A stretch of DNA of 64,000 nucleotides from NCBI GenBank assembly GCA_023920165.1, contig CP089278.1:2046001-2110000 (forward strand). The letters run 5' to 3'. Origin of the DNA: Curvularia clavata (Eukaryota). The notes under the pieces are model-generated. The model saw only the letters and a program-made list of their open reading frames with translations, was not told where the DNA came from and did no database searches. A program made the position numbers and the translations under genes. This document shows positions 1 to 10,714 of this stretch, one piece after another (positions within the stretch are counted from its first letter, which is position 1; each line of letters opens with the position of its first letter).

Positions 1-143
1 CTATTAGTATTAAACTAAAATAATATATTAGTAATATTTAGACTAGAGTGCTAGCTCTCTAATGACGTCAGAATTACTTGATTTGGACTAGTATTGGCCA
101 AGATAATCGATAGCCCTAGCTAAATACCCGATTTACCAGTCTA
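1..143 (-). mobile_element. Terminal part of a MITE-like element (copy A), inverted relative to copy B; runs off the window start
   Basis: Reverse complement of 1-143 is identical (143/143 by eye) to 2656-2798; ends in ...ATACCCGATTTACCAGTCTA and is followed by ATTTGACA (144-151). Confidence 0.8.
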
Positions 144-278
144 ATTTGACAAGATGAACACTATCGACTAGACTATATATATTATTAGAGTTATGATATT
201 TATAAAGACTTAGTTAGTCTAGTCTAGTTAGAGTAGCTAACTAAAAGATTATAAAGTAATACATAGATTATATAACTA

Positions 279-2124
279 ACGTCAAAGATCAGCAAGCTGG
301 CCAGATCAGCAAGCTGGCCACCCCACCCAACCTAATCCAACTCTCTTCACCATTGATCCACAACAACGCAGTAAAATTAGATAAAATTTAACGGATATAA
401 TTTATTGTCTAGATTTACACGAAGTGCGAGTGTGACCTTGAATATGGCAGTTTGTGCACGTCGGCGGCGCGCGCTGGCGTCGCTGACTGCCCTCACTCTG
501 CTCTGCCTCTACAACTACTCTTTCTGCCTCTAAAGCGAGCTGCCGAGCCTGCTGCACCTGGAGCACTCCGCCAGAAGCGATATATTAACGCGGCTGATTC
601 TACTTTTGTCGCTGGCGCTGATTTTCTTCACGTAGCTTTTTGTTCTCCTCCGCGAGTATTACTGCTGATTGCATTGCAAGCTGAGCGCTCTTAGCAAGCT
701 GGCGGATAGCAATGCTTGTTGGACTCTCTGGCTGCCGCCGCAGTCGCTCTTGGAGATAGCGCACCTGCTGCTGAAGCTGCTCTACTGTATGTGGTGTCTC
801 TGTCTGCGCCGCTGCCTGCGCTGTAACGTTGTCATCTACAGTTGTCTGTGGTGGAGACGGCGTCCGGACGACAGTTAGCGACGACAGAACACGATCTAGA
901 TAAGAAGAGACAAGACCTATCGCCCGAAAGCCTAATTAGATATTCTGCTGCGTAAATATAGTCGGCCGGATCCGTATATAGGCTGTAAGGAAGTCGATCT
1001 TGTCGATATAGTAGACGCCTTGGCGGGCGAGCTCCTCAATCTAACGTCCGTACGCGCGCTTAAGAGGGGAGTAGCAGCTTATGTCTAGAGGCTGGAGAAG
1101 ATGGGAGGTATGTGGCGGCATATAGAGAGTAATAATCTTGTTATCGGCGCAGTACTGGTCGAACTCTGGCGTAGCGTGGCTGCTATGGCCGTCGAGAATA
1201 ATAAGCCGATAGACTCCAGCTATTCGAGCCGCTGTATGCTGATTGAAGTGCTTCACCCACTCTAAGCCTAGCTCATCTGTCGTCCAGCCGTTGTCTGACA
1301 CGCCAATAGTCCAATCGAGTGGGAGGTCGCGGTACCAGCTACTCTAGTGGACTTTACCAGACAAGATTATAAACGGTGGAAGACACCAGCCAGACGCGTT
1401 GACGCACTCGATAGCTGTTACCCATTCGCGATTGCCTGGCTGTATTACAACTGCGCGGCCGACTCTATCAGAGCTAGTCACGACTTTTGATGTTGCAGCA
1501 ACGCCCATTGCAAATCCAGTCTCGTTAAAGTTGTAGATATCTTGGTCAAGAACGCTATACGTCTGTCGCGTCTCCTCTACTAGTTTAAACCACGCTGTAA
1601 TCGCGATAGGATCTTTAGAACTAGCGCGCTGGCTATTAAGCTTTCTAGTCCACTTTGTCTGGAGCTCTGGCTGGCCTTGGATAAAGCGCGACACCCATTT
1701 CTTGCCTACAGGTAGTGGAGGTGGATCTTGGCCACGCGCGGCGAGTAGAGCGTCTACTATTCGTCGTACGTCGATGATATGGGGTGGAAAACCACACCAG
1801 TCAAGGTCTAAGATCCACTGTACGAGAGAATGCTCTTCAATAGACGATAGCTTACAATTAGCAGGTCGCACCTCAGATCGTGGCTGGGTACCACTGACGC
1901 GCGTCTGGAGTGTAGATCTTGGTATATTAAAGGCCATTGCAAGAGCGCGGAGAGACTGTTTTGGATTATTACGATAGAACGCGATAGCAAGACTTATTCT
2001 GCCTTCACGAGAAGTCTGTATAGAGCGTTGTTGTCGCGGCATTATGGTAGTTGTAGAGAGAGTCGGATCAGGTGGGGTGGGGTGGCCAGCTTGCTGATCT
2101 GGCCAGCTTGCTGATCCTTGACGT
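279..2124 (-). mobile_element. Pot2/Fot1-like (pogo, Tc1/mariner superfamily) DNA transposon, 1846 bp, RIP-inactivated
   Basis: ~50-bp TIRs ACGTCAA(A/G)GATCAGCAAGCTGGCCAGATCAGCAAGCTGGCCACCCCACCC starting at 279 and ending at 2124, each with two copies of GATCAGCAAGCTGGCCA. TA target-site duplication at 277-278 and 2125-2126. Encloses a DDE transposase. Confidence 0.95.
402..2042 (-). pseudogene. DDE_1 (CENP-B/pogo) transposase pseudogene, ~546 codons with in-frame stops
   Basis: N-terminal HTH (SLRALAMAFNIPRSTL; VGKKWVSRFI), YNF(N)ETGF, SDNGWT, LILDGHSSH-like, PPHTSHLLQPLD and a C-terminal CTNCHIQGHTRTSC zinc knuckle. Span 1641 nt is divisible by 3. TAG stops at 1344-1346 and 1041-1043. Confidence 0.93.
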
Positions 2125-2373
2125 TATCTAGTATAGTGAATAGATAGTTATCTGGCCATATACATATATAATATTATCTTTTTCTTTACTAAGTAGTTAT
2201 CGCTATAACTATAGTTTTTTCAACTCTATCTATCTAATCAAAACTATATATAGACTGAGACATGCTCTGATTAAAATAGCTTATTAAGATGTAATTGAAG
2301 ACAAAATTAAATCGGACAAATACTTATTTTAGGTGTACTGAGTTTCGCTATTCTATATAATATTGTGTAAAAT

Positions 2374-2655
2374 TGTTACAAGTAACAAAGAAGGATCTCT
2401 CCTTGACGATAGCCGCAGGTAAGAGACCATTGGGCGACACGTCAGAAGGTAATAATCCCCGCGGAGGGGCGATCACGTAACTAGCCTCAGGCTAAGACTA
2501 GAAAACTACGCTAGTATATAAGGATACGCTTATACGTAACTAAAGTAACTTCAGAGACTTTAGAGAACGCAGAGGTTATTCTATAAGAATAGTAAAAATA
2601 GGACTAGAAATAATAGATATAAGAATATATTAGATTTTATTATTATACTTATTAT
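2374..2655 (+). mobile_element. Possible truncated solo-LTR fragment, RIP-degraded
   Basis: Begins TGTTACA, has a GC-richer core then a TATA-like TAGTATATAAGGA (~2512-2524), and stops at the MITE edge with no ...CA end. No internal retroelement sequence seen. Confidence 0.35.
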
Positions 2656-3046
2656 TAGACTGGTAAATCGGGTATTTAGCTAGGGCTATCGATTATCTTG
2701 GCCAATACTAGTCCAAATCAAGTAATTCTGACGTCATTAGAGAGCTAGCACTCTAGTCTAAATATTACTAATATATTATTTTAGTTTAATACTAATAGTA
2801 CTAGTGCTAGAGCTAAAAAAGGAGTAAAAATAGGGGTATACCCGACTTATAACCCAGCCCTAGGGCTCACAAACGGGCTATTAAATAACTTTTAAACTAA
2901 GCTAGATACGGCTTAGCTTTATATTACATGATAGAATGCGCTAGCTTAGGGCATTAAAATGACGTCAGAATTACTCGATTTGGACTAGTCTTTGATGAGA
3001 TATTAATGAAAGAAGAAAAGTGGGTTAATACCCGTTTACCAGTCTA
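2656..3046 (+). mobile_element. Complete 391-bp non-autonomous MITE-like element (copy B), probably hAT-type
   Basis: Imperfect TIRs TAGACTGGTAAATCGGGTATT ... AATACCCGTTTACCAGTCTA. A 32-bp subterminal inverted repeat (2707-2738 vs 2958-2989, 31/32) contains TGACGTCA. No coding capacity. Right flank TGTCAAAT (3047-3054). Confidence 0.8.
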
Positions 3047-3322
3047 TGTCAAATACGACTATTATGCTACAGTACATTCCTCACACTAGTCTTGCTTGTG
3101 TCGTTGCAGTTCTTACCTTCTAATACGGTCGCCTAATTGTCTATACCACACGATCTGCATCCAGGAGACATCCTTCGTTGTTACTTGTAACATAATATTA
3201 GTAGAGTTAGATAAGGTTGTACTAGATTGACTCGAATTGGGCAAGATTTCGATAGTGAGTCTATATAGTCTCTATTTCTATAGGTTATATCATGATTAAC
3301 ACCTTCGAGTTGTCTATAATCA

Positions 3323-5054
3323 TCATAGTCTATAGCGAAACCTTTTATTACAGAAGTCAGTGGTATCCTCTATAAAGTCCGTCCCGTCCACATGGCTATC
3401 CTCCCCATCTGACGGGGTTTCCGTATCTTCACGATCGCGTCGAGCATTCCGCCATGTGAGAAGTCCGCGTATAGCAAATGCGAGAAAGCATTGAGAAACA
3501 GAGCATGACAGAATAGTCTTCACACCCGTCTGGTACACTGGGGCTTCTCTGGCCAAGAATGCTTGAGGTCCTGGAATTCAGTCCTGTCAATATGCGTACA
3601 AACAAGGCCAGAGATACAGGGTACTGACCAATTATGTTGCCAAGGCAATATGCTAAAAATACGAACGCGGTACTGGTTGTTCGCTTTGTGTAGCCCGCAA
3701 CATTCGATGCTGGAAACTGAAGTGCTATCACTAGTCCACCCACATAGGATCCAAGCTTAATGATGTTAGCCATACCCTCCTGACTTTAAGAATATTTCGT
3801 GTGACCTACCAGATAGTATCCCGCCAGACAGCCCGCCAAATTAGATCGTGGCAGCTGCCAGATCAAAGTGGTACCTATGATCGTAGGGCAAAGATACAAC
3901 GCCATGATATATGTACGCGCGTTCGACAGACGGGACGCAAGATAAGGACCCGTAAAGACCCAAAAGACTTGCGCAAAACCTTGCGGAATGCCGTATAACG
4001 TTGTACGTAGCGGATCACCGCCAGCCACATCCTTTATGATCAGTTTACCAAAGTTCGCCATGCCACCATTGATAACCTCATTTAGAAGAACGTATAGAAA
4101 TAGCAGCCAAATCTGTGCGTCCGTCAGGGCCTCCCAAATCTGACGTGGTTTGATAGTGCGGTTGTAAATTCCCGTGTGATTCGTCGCTGCGCGAGCAATC
4201 AACAACACCTTTTCCTGCGTGGAGAAGCTTTTCGCGGACATGATATTATCTGGGAGGCGGAAGAAGAGAAGTATAGACCAGAGGACTGTCATGCCTCCGC
4301 AGATGAGATAGATGATCTTCCAGATGACGAAGTCCTGTGCGTAACCGACGCCATAGAAGAGGATACCACCGATAGCGGCGCCCATGCCGTTGAAGCAGTA
4401 GAACATTCCTGCACGTGCGGGCTGCTGCTCGCCCATGTACCACATGCTTACGATCTGGCGGTGTCAGTACGTATTCTAGTGTTCATGATTTTGTGAATTC
4501 AGAGAACTCACCATCATGAAAGCTGGAGTAACAACCGACCCAAATATACCAAGCAGAAATCGCATAGCCGCAAAGCTGCCAAAGCTATTTGTTGCTGCCG
4601 TAATTAACATGACAGAGCCCCAGCAAAAACAGTATATCGATACGACTCGAGCGGTCGGAAAGCGCTGTGCCAGGTAAGCGGACGGCCATTCAGCGATCAA
4701 GTAGGCAAAGTAGAAAATTGACCCCAGCCATGAGTATTGCGCACCGGTAATGCCGGTTGTCTCGAACAAGTCAAAGACGGCTGAGTAGCTGATGGCTTGC
4801 TTGTCGATGAACTGGAGGAAATATGTGCCGCATAGGAGCGGTAACAGGCGGAGGTCGACTTTCCTGGACACGCGGTTGTTGGCTGCTTCGTCTTTTAATA
4901 GCTCAGCGATATATTCCGGTGTGATATTATGCTGTCGTAGAAAGATATTGGCTTCGTCGATGTCGTCGACCTGACCTTCGATCCAAGTCTCTTGTTTCTT
5001 GAGCGATTCACCATTGTTGACTTTGGTGCACTGCTGTTCTATTTCTTTGGACAT
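3323..5054 (-). CDS. MFS anion:cation symporter, allantoate permease (Dal5)-like, 4 exons
   Basis: RKVDLRLLP, LQFIDK, QYSWLGSIFYFAYL, RFLLG, SMWY...EQQPAR, NVAGYTK, GNIIGPQ and terminal TDF..NKRFRY motifs. GT-AG introns, e.g. 4455-4511. Confidence 0.9.
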
Positions 5055-5271
5055 ATTTAGTTCTTTGTAAATCTCTTCTCGATAGTGAGTGCAGTTCGAA
5101 TTATGAACAGAAGATGGGGATCTGCTGAACGATGAACTGGCAGGCCGGGAAAGCAGAAGAATCGAAAATCTGGGGAGTAGGTTTGATATCACGCATCTTC
5201 CTTCGCACTTCAGAGAAATCAACGCGTAAGAATTCGCCTTGCCATGCTAGTTCCCGAAAGAGATTCTGAAT

Positions 5272-5746
5272 GATAACAACTACGTAGATAACGATAAAAA
5301 AGGTCCTCAATGCCCCCGAGATGTTGACTCAAGTGTAGCCCTATCTCGTTATCGCTGCCAAGACTCCTTCGCGGAAGACAGATTATCAGCTTTCATGACG
5401 AAGAAACAATAGTGCGGGGTACAACATGGGCGAGACATGGGTACATGGCATGCGATATCGTTGTGGCGACGTGGGAGTGGCGTTACTCCGGTAATCCAAG
5501 CATTGGGGACGATAAAGGCCAATAAGATTATCGAAATCATGGTATTGTTATATGCATAAGACTGGATCAAGCCATACTTTCCTTCCCTGGTAACAGTTAG
5601 CGCTTCGGCTGCGTTATCACTTCTGGCCCACTCTCAAGGTAACTGTCGTATCGAAGGACCATGCGCCGTTACATTTATGTCCGACGACCACATTTTGCCG
5701 AAGCATGAGGATTATGCATTTTGCCACTCTGAGGGCGGCTGGATAA
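5272..5746. promoter_or_regulatory. Cluster of GATAA/TTATC sites (putative AreA/NIT2 GATA-factor sites) upstream of the permease
   Basis: Nine GATAA/TTATC pentamers at 5272, 5287, 5293, 5349, 5383, 5511, 5528, 5614 and 5742; about one is expected in 475 bp at uniform base composition. Confidence 0.6.
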
Positions 5747-5936
5747 TACGGATGAACTCTGTGAAACACTGAGAACTTGACAAGATAGCCATTAAACCAA
5801 CAGATGTAATGGAAGAGTAGTCACCATGACTGATCTCAGGCATCACCCACGGATGGGTCAATTTCACCTTTTTCAGCAACACTATCTAGTTGACATGCTA
5901 CAAGCGTTGTCTAAAGTTGCTAATTCCTTCGCAAAT

Positions 5937-7611
5937 CTACTGTTGTGAAAGTTCAACTTTCGACCACCAAAAGTCGCTTTCCTTAACCGCATAATCATCA
6001 GGTACCATCATGGCCAGCTCTCCCACGTCGTTGCCTCCAATAAATTCAGTATTGTCCCTTCCGAAAATCATAATCTTGGGGTCTGATCTATCATATGGCA
6101 CCCATTCCGGCCTTTCGATGTGCGGGCCATGGAACGCATTCGGGTCGCCTGTACATATGAAGCTGGTGACGTAAGCGTGTAAGATGCGTGATAGTTTGTC
6201 TTGAGACTTTGCCTTCTCGCAGATTGCCGTGTCTCGAACCTCATAGAACATGTTGTCGGCATGGCGAGCTCCATACACAATGTCTCTTTTCATTGCCCAG
6301 TGGTAAAGGTAGACAGTGACATCCTGGCTGGCGTAGAAGGCAGTTTGTCGTACTGGCGCAACGTATGCATAATGTGCATATGATGCTTCGATGCGCTTGA
6401 ACATGGGTCCAATGTTGTGCTCAAGCCTTGATTCGCGGTAGATGGAATCAGGCACTACTTCGGGATCTGGATACAATTGGTCAATGGTTTTGATATCCTC
6501 CTTGCTCAATTCTGGAACTAAAGTTTTCCAGAAATGTAGGAACTCTGATGATTTTGACATGTTTTTGTTCACGTATAGAGAGCCTTCGTTTCCTTGGAAG
6601 CCCGTCATGATGGGCACCTTGTGCCACTTTCCACTCCGCCAAGCATCAACGGGGCGGCCACGAATGATCTCATTGTCAATTACAGGCTGGAACGCCCAAC
6701 GCAAACTAGGATTGTACTTTTGAAATACCTTGGTCTGTGCTTTTGCGATAATTGAGGTAGGGAGTTTGCGAAGGAAGCTGAATATCTCTGACTCGGGTAA
6801 TGATGACGGGCATTCCACTTCTTTCAGGAAGTCTTGGAATTGCGTTTCATGAATTTGGGCATCTGGGTTCCGGACAGCCCGGGAGGTTGGGGCTCCAGAC
6901 TCGATGATGACGCGGTGATATTTTGGTGTCGTGCCCTCCTCGTAGTTGAGCAAATGGTGGCCAATCTGCCTTGTATGAATGACATGACCGAAATAAGGTA
7001 TGACGAATTACACATACCGAATGTGCGCCCGCGGACAGCCCTATGAGGGTGATGCAGTCTTTGTTGCCTCCAAAGTATCCGATATTCTCTTCGACCCAGT
7101 CAAGCAAGCATATTTGATCTTTCAGTCCTAGGTTGAGCGCACCCTCATCAGCGCTGAGCTTTGATGGCAGAAAACCCAGAGCTCCAATGCGATATCCAAA
7201 TGAGACCGCAACAAATGGCTGCTCAGAACATCCCACCATGGCTGCCGTATCATGCATGGCTGCATTTCCACGATTGAAAGCTCCTGCATGGATGTAGACT
7301 GCGACCGGCAACTTTTCAGATCGATCGTCTTGTGCCTGGCGGAAGACGTTCGCAGTCAGACAATCTTCGCTTTCTTCTAGTTCGGGTCCGATTGTAACAA
7401 ACTGCTTCGCCGGAGCTCTGGGACCAAACTTGGTCGCATCTATGATTTCTTGACTTCTCCCAACTTTTTCTGGTGGTCGAAACCGGCGTTCTCCTGTTGG
7501 TGGCAAGGCATAAGGGATACCTCTGAAGGCCTCTACTGCATGGGGATATCGTTCTTGGTATATCGTGCCCACGACTAATCCCTGCGGGATCTGGACCTTA
7601 GGCGACGACAT
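5937..7611 (-). CDS. Type-B carboxylesterase/lipase (alpha/beta hydrolase), no signal peptide, 2 exons
   Basis: FRGIPYALPP, SEDCLTANV, nucleophile GLSAG, ESG, GNEG (acid) and ARHAD (His). Intron 6966-7017 joins ORFs 6847..7611 and 5937..6953. Confidence 0.92.
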
Positions 7612-8219
7612 CGCAATGTGTGCTTGAGTGATTCTTAGAGCCTAGTCCATGAGATAGCCCTTCAAAGATGAAGCTGCGTTGACAATACTTACCTTGAAAT
7701 CTAAATGACCTGGTTCTTTTCCCACGAGTAGGTGCGTGTGTTGTTGATGCTGAGTACTTTTGATATCGGTGATAGATATTATACCGAGAGCTGCACCTAA
7801 CCATCGTTTGCTGCTCCTGTCCTGATGCCCTCAACCAGCCCCGCCTCTGCCCCACCTTCTCCCTTCTTATCTTGCCCCGTTTGTATCATTTTCATCGCTC
7901 ATCATAGCATGCAATTTTGGTACGCGTCGCCAGAGTTTCCCGCCAGGTCCGCGTAATCGGCTGGCCATGGGATGCAAGACGATTCGTGATCAGTACCTAT
8001 CTTGCAGGGTCGTCGGCAAAACGCCATGGCCCTATCAGCTCAACACTATACTTCTGGCAGTCGCCTTATCATCTGAATATGTGGATAAAAGCGGAGTTGT
8101 AGTTTATTGCTTTATCGCACCTGAGCAGCGGCCGGAGATACTGATTGTAATTTTTTTTCCATAATTGGCAATACATACTTGTGGAAACCATTGCAACAGA
8201 TATGAATCAAGTACATTGC

Positions 8220-8880
8220 TCAAACGTAACGACCCTGCCGCCTAACCTTAGGTTGATCCTGCCTATAGTCGCCAACAAGATGATCATCTTCATCATTGTA
8301 TTCGTTCTCTCTGTTCCTCTTTCTCTTCGCCTCACACTTACCATGCACCACTTCCATGTGCTCTTTCATCTTATCTTTCCGTCCTTTAAAGCTCCGCCCT
8401 TTCTTGCCGTTCGCGGGATTCTTTGATCGCAGGCATCCCTTTTCCGAACAAAAATACTCAATGACTCTTCTTCCATGCATATTGGTATAGTGCCTTTTGA
8501 AATCTGCATGGCGATTGAAGGTGAGAGTTTCATCGTCACGACAGGCTTCGTGTAGACAAGTAAATCTTCCGCTAAGTGTCACTTGCCCAACAACACAATC
8601 ATCGTCGGGGGCTGCTGGAGTAGGTGCATGGTGTACAGGTGTAGCTGATGGTGAAACCGTGAAGGTAGACGAAACACTGGGAGAGTAGCAAGGTTGGACA
8701 TACGGAGATACATCCCCGAGGTTACGAGGTGATATCGCTGGACTAAATATCATTCAGCAAAGATCTGGAATTGCTCAAGTTTTTCCGACATACGTTGATT
8801 GCCCACCACCTCGATCATGACTGGAGGATGCTGTTGATGGGGCCAAATTCGTTGACCAAGAGGGGAAGGGGCTCGCAGGT
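8220..8880 (-). CDS. C2H2 zinc-finger protein (3' exons; 5' structure unresolved)
   Basis: FTCLHEAC...FNRHADFKRHYTNMH and YFCSEKGC...RKDKMKEHMEVVH fingers, basic KRKR. An upstream exon (PASPFPSWST...GGQST) joins in frame via a GTATGT...TAG intron near 8746-8793. Confidence 0.7.
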
Positions 8881-10079
8881 CTATTGTACAGATGTTAGAA
8901 TGGTTTCAGGTGATCGCTGACCAAGACAGTGAACAGGTTTCCAGGGGAATTCCATGTGGATGGTGCGGTCTGAAAAGGGGTTACTTTTTCAATCGTTGGA
9001 CTCAAATACCACGCGTACACTGGCCGTGAACACTGATTGCGGGTAAATGAAACATAAGCCGATTAATTGGGAAAGAAAATCTGCAACAAACAGTGGCGGT
9101 TTCAAGCAATTAGAGGCACAAAATATCCGTTTCTAGTTTGATGACGTGTTTTTGTCGATATCGTTGGTACGGGCCTCATGGTACTCGGCAAACGATTGGT
9201 CTCGGCTTAAAGATCGATGCTTTGTTTCAAAACTTCAGGTAGGTAGAGCAGTACTCTTTAGGAGCGAGCGATGCAGGTCGTCCATTGCCGCTTTGGCTGA
9301 AGGACTGGTATCGAATAGCCATCGCATCCACACAATGACATTGTTCAAATACACTAAAAGAAAACACAACAAAAGTCAAGGAAATCGTACCTTTGATGGA
9401 TGCCGGTCAGGAGTCTCGAGTGGGGTTCCAAGCCGAAGAGTCCACTGGTATCCAAAGAGAGTTGTAGGGCCAGGGTTATGGAGGGATCAATTAGGTCAAA
9501 AGTCCAGGCCGTTGAAATGGGGTTTTGAGGTCGGACATCATTTAGCAAGGCAATGAAATTCCGGTAGGCTTGCAGAGATAGGAAGAGAAGTGTTGCCACA
9601 GATAAAGGGAATTTAGTGATTCAGTAGTGGGTTTCAGGAACCAGCAGACACTCACATCTTACTATCTTTGCATCCAGGTCGGCTCGGAAAAATTGCGAAA
9701 GGGAAAAGTGCCAATCCAACTTGTTAACTGAGTGCCTGCCAGACCCATTCAGGGTCAAATGATTGTCGATGTTCTGTCGAGCTCATAACCCATGACGGTT
9801 TGGATGTTGAAGGTTGGGTGATGCTCCCACAGGAAGATGTTGAACATGATAACGCAATCGGATCCAGACAGTGCTGAGTTGCGGCGTCCCGAGCGTAGTG
9901 GATTTTACATGCTCCATGCTGGACGTCAGGAACAGTTGTGTCACGTCCAGTCAAGGCTATCCATCAGCAAGGCATATCCAAGGTCCAGTTGGCTGGTGGG
10001 ACCTAATCTTAATATGGCCTCCGCATGCAGTATACTGTGGCTGATGATTTCGCTCAAGAATATGGTGTAGAGTACTTAC

Positions 10080-10714
10080 TCGATGGTACGTGTTTCCAAA
10101 CCAAGATATTGGTCTCCATTTCCATTCGTAGTTACGCCTCCACTACCGATGGTTTCATCCAAGCTAAACTCGAACGGGGTTGCAGTGAAATTCAATGTCC
10201 GTTTGGATGCGAAATCTGGTGAGAGATCTGATGACCGGCTTGCATGCCAGGGGGGTGGCGATAATGGGGACGGCACCTGGCGTAGCTGGGGTGTAGTATT
10301 CAGGCTCTCCGACCTTCCTGAATATGTGCGCAAGTTGGGCTGGGTGTAGGATAGGGCGCCATCAAAGGAGCCACGAGACGGTCGGTGTATGTTGTAGTGA
10401 TGCTGGGGCTGAGTGCGAGGCAAGGATAAGTGATGCAACGTTGATCGTGTTGTGCAATTGTTCACTGGAAATCCGGGGTATTCAATTACTGTTGAGATGT
10501 CTATAGTCGTGTTGCGACGAGGCCGTGGTTCAGCCTGACGCGACGAGCCTGAAAGACCTAGAGGAACCAATGGCGAACTCGCCAAGGAATCGTGTCTTCG
10601 GTGCGTTGATGAGAGGGTGGGTTCATCAAAAACGTTCCAGTGTGGGTCAGGTGCAGAGCAGTAAGGAGTATTCAGGTGTTGATTGATTTGGTCGTGTGAG
10701 GAGAAGTGATGCAT
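10080..10714 (-). CDS. Ser/Pro/His-rich hypothetical protein exon (may be the N-terminus of the C2H2 gene)
   Basis: 211-codon open frame from ATG 10714 ending at a GTAAGT donor (10079). Preceded by an apparent 5'UTR intron (GTAAGT ~11001, CTAAC branch, TAG ~10725). Confidence 0.5.

Noticed and set aside
288..321. Direct repeat GATCAGCAAGCTGGCCA x2, and the 10-bp repeat at 50190, as CRISPR-like arrays
   Set aside because: No spacers; the first is the internal repeat of the transposon TIR; the DNA is eukaryotic.
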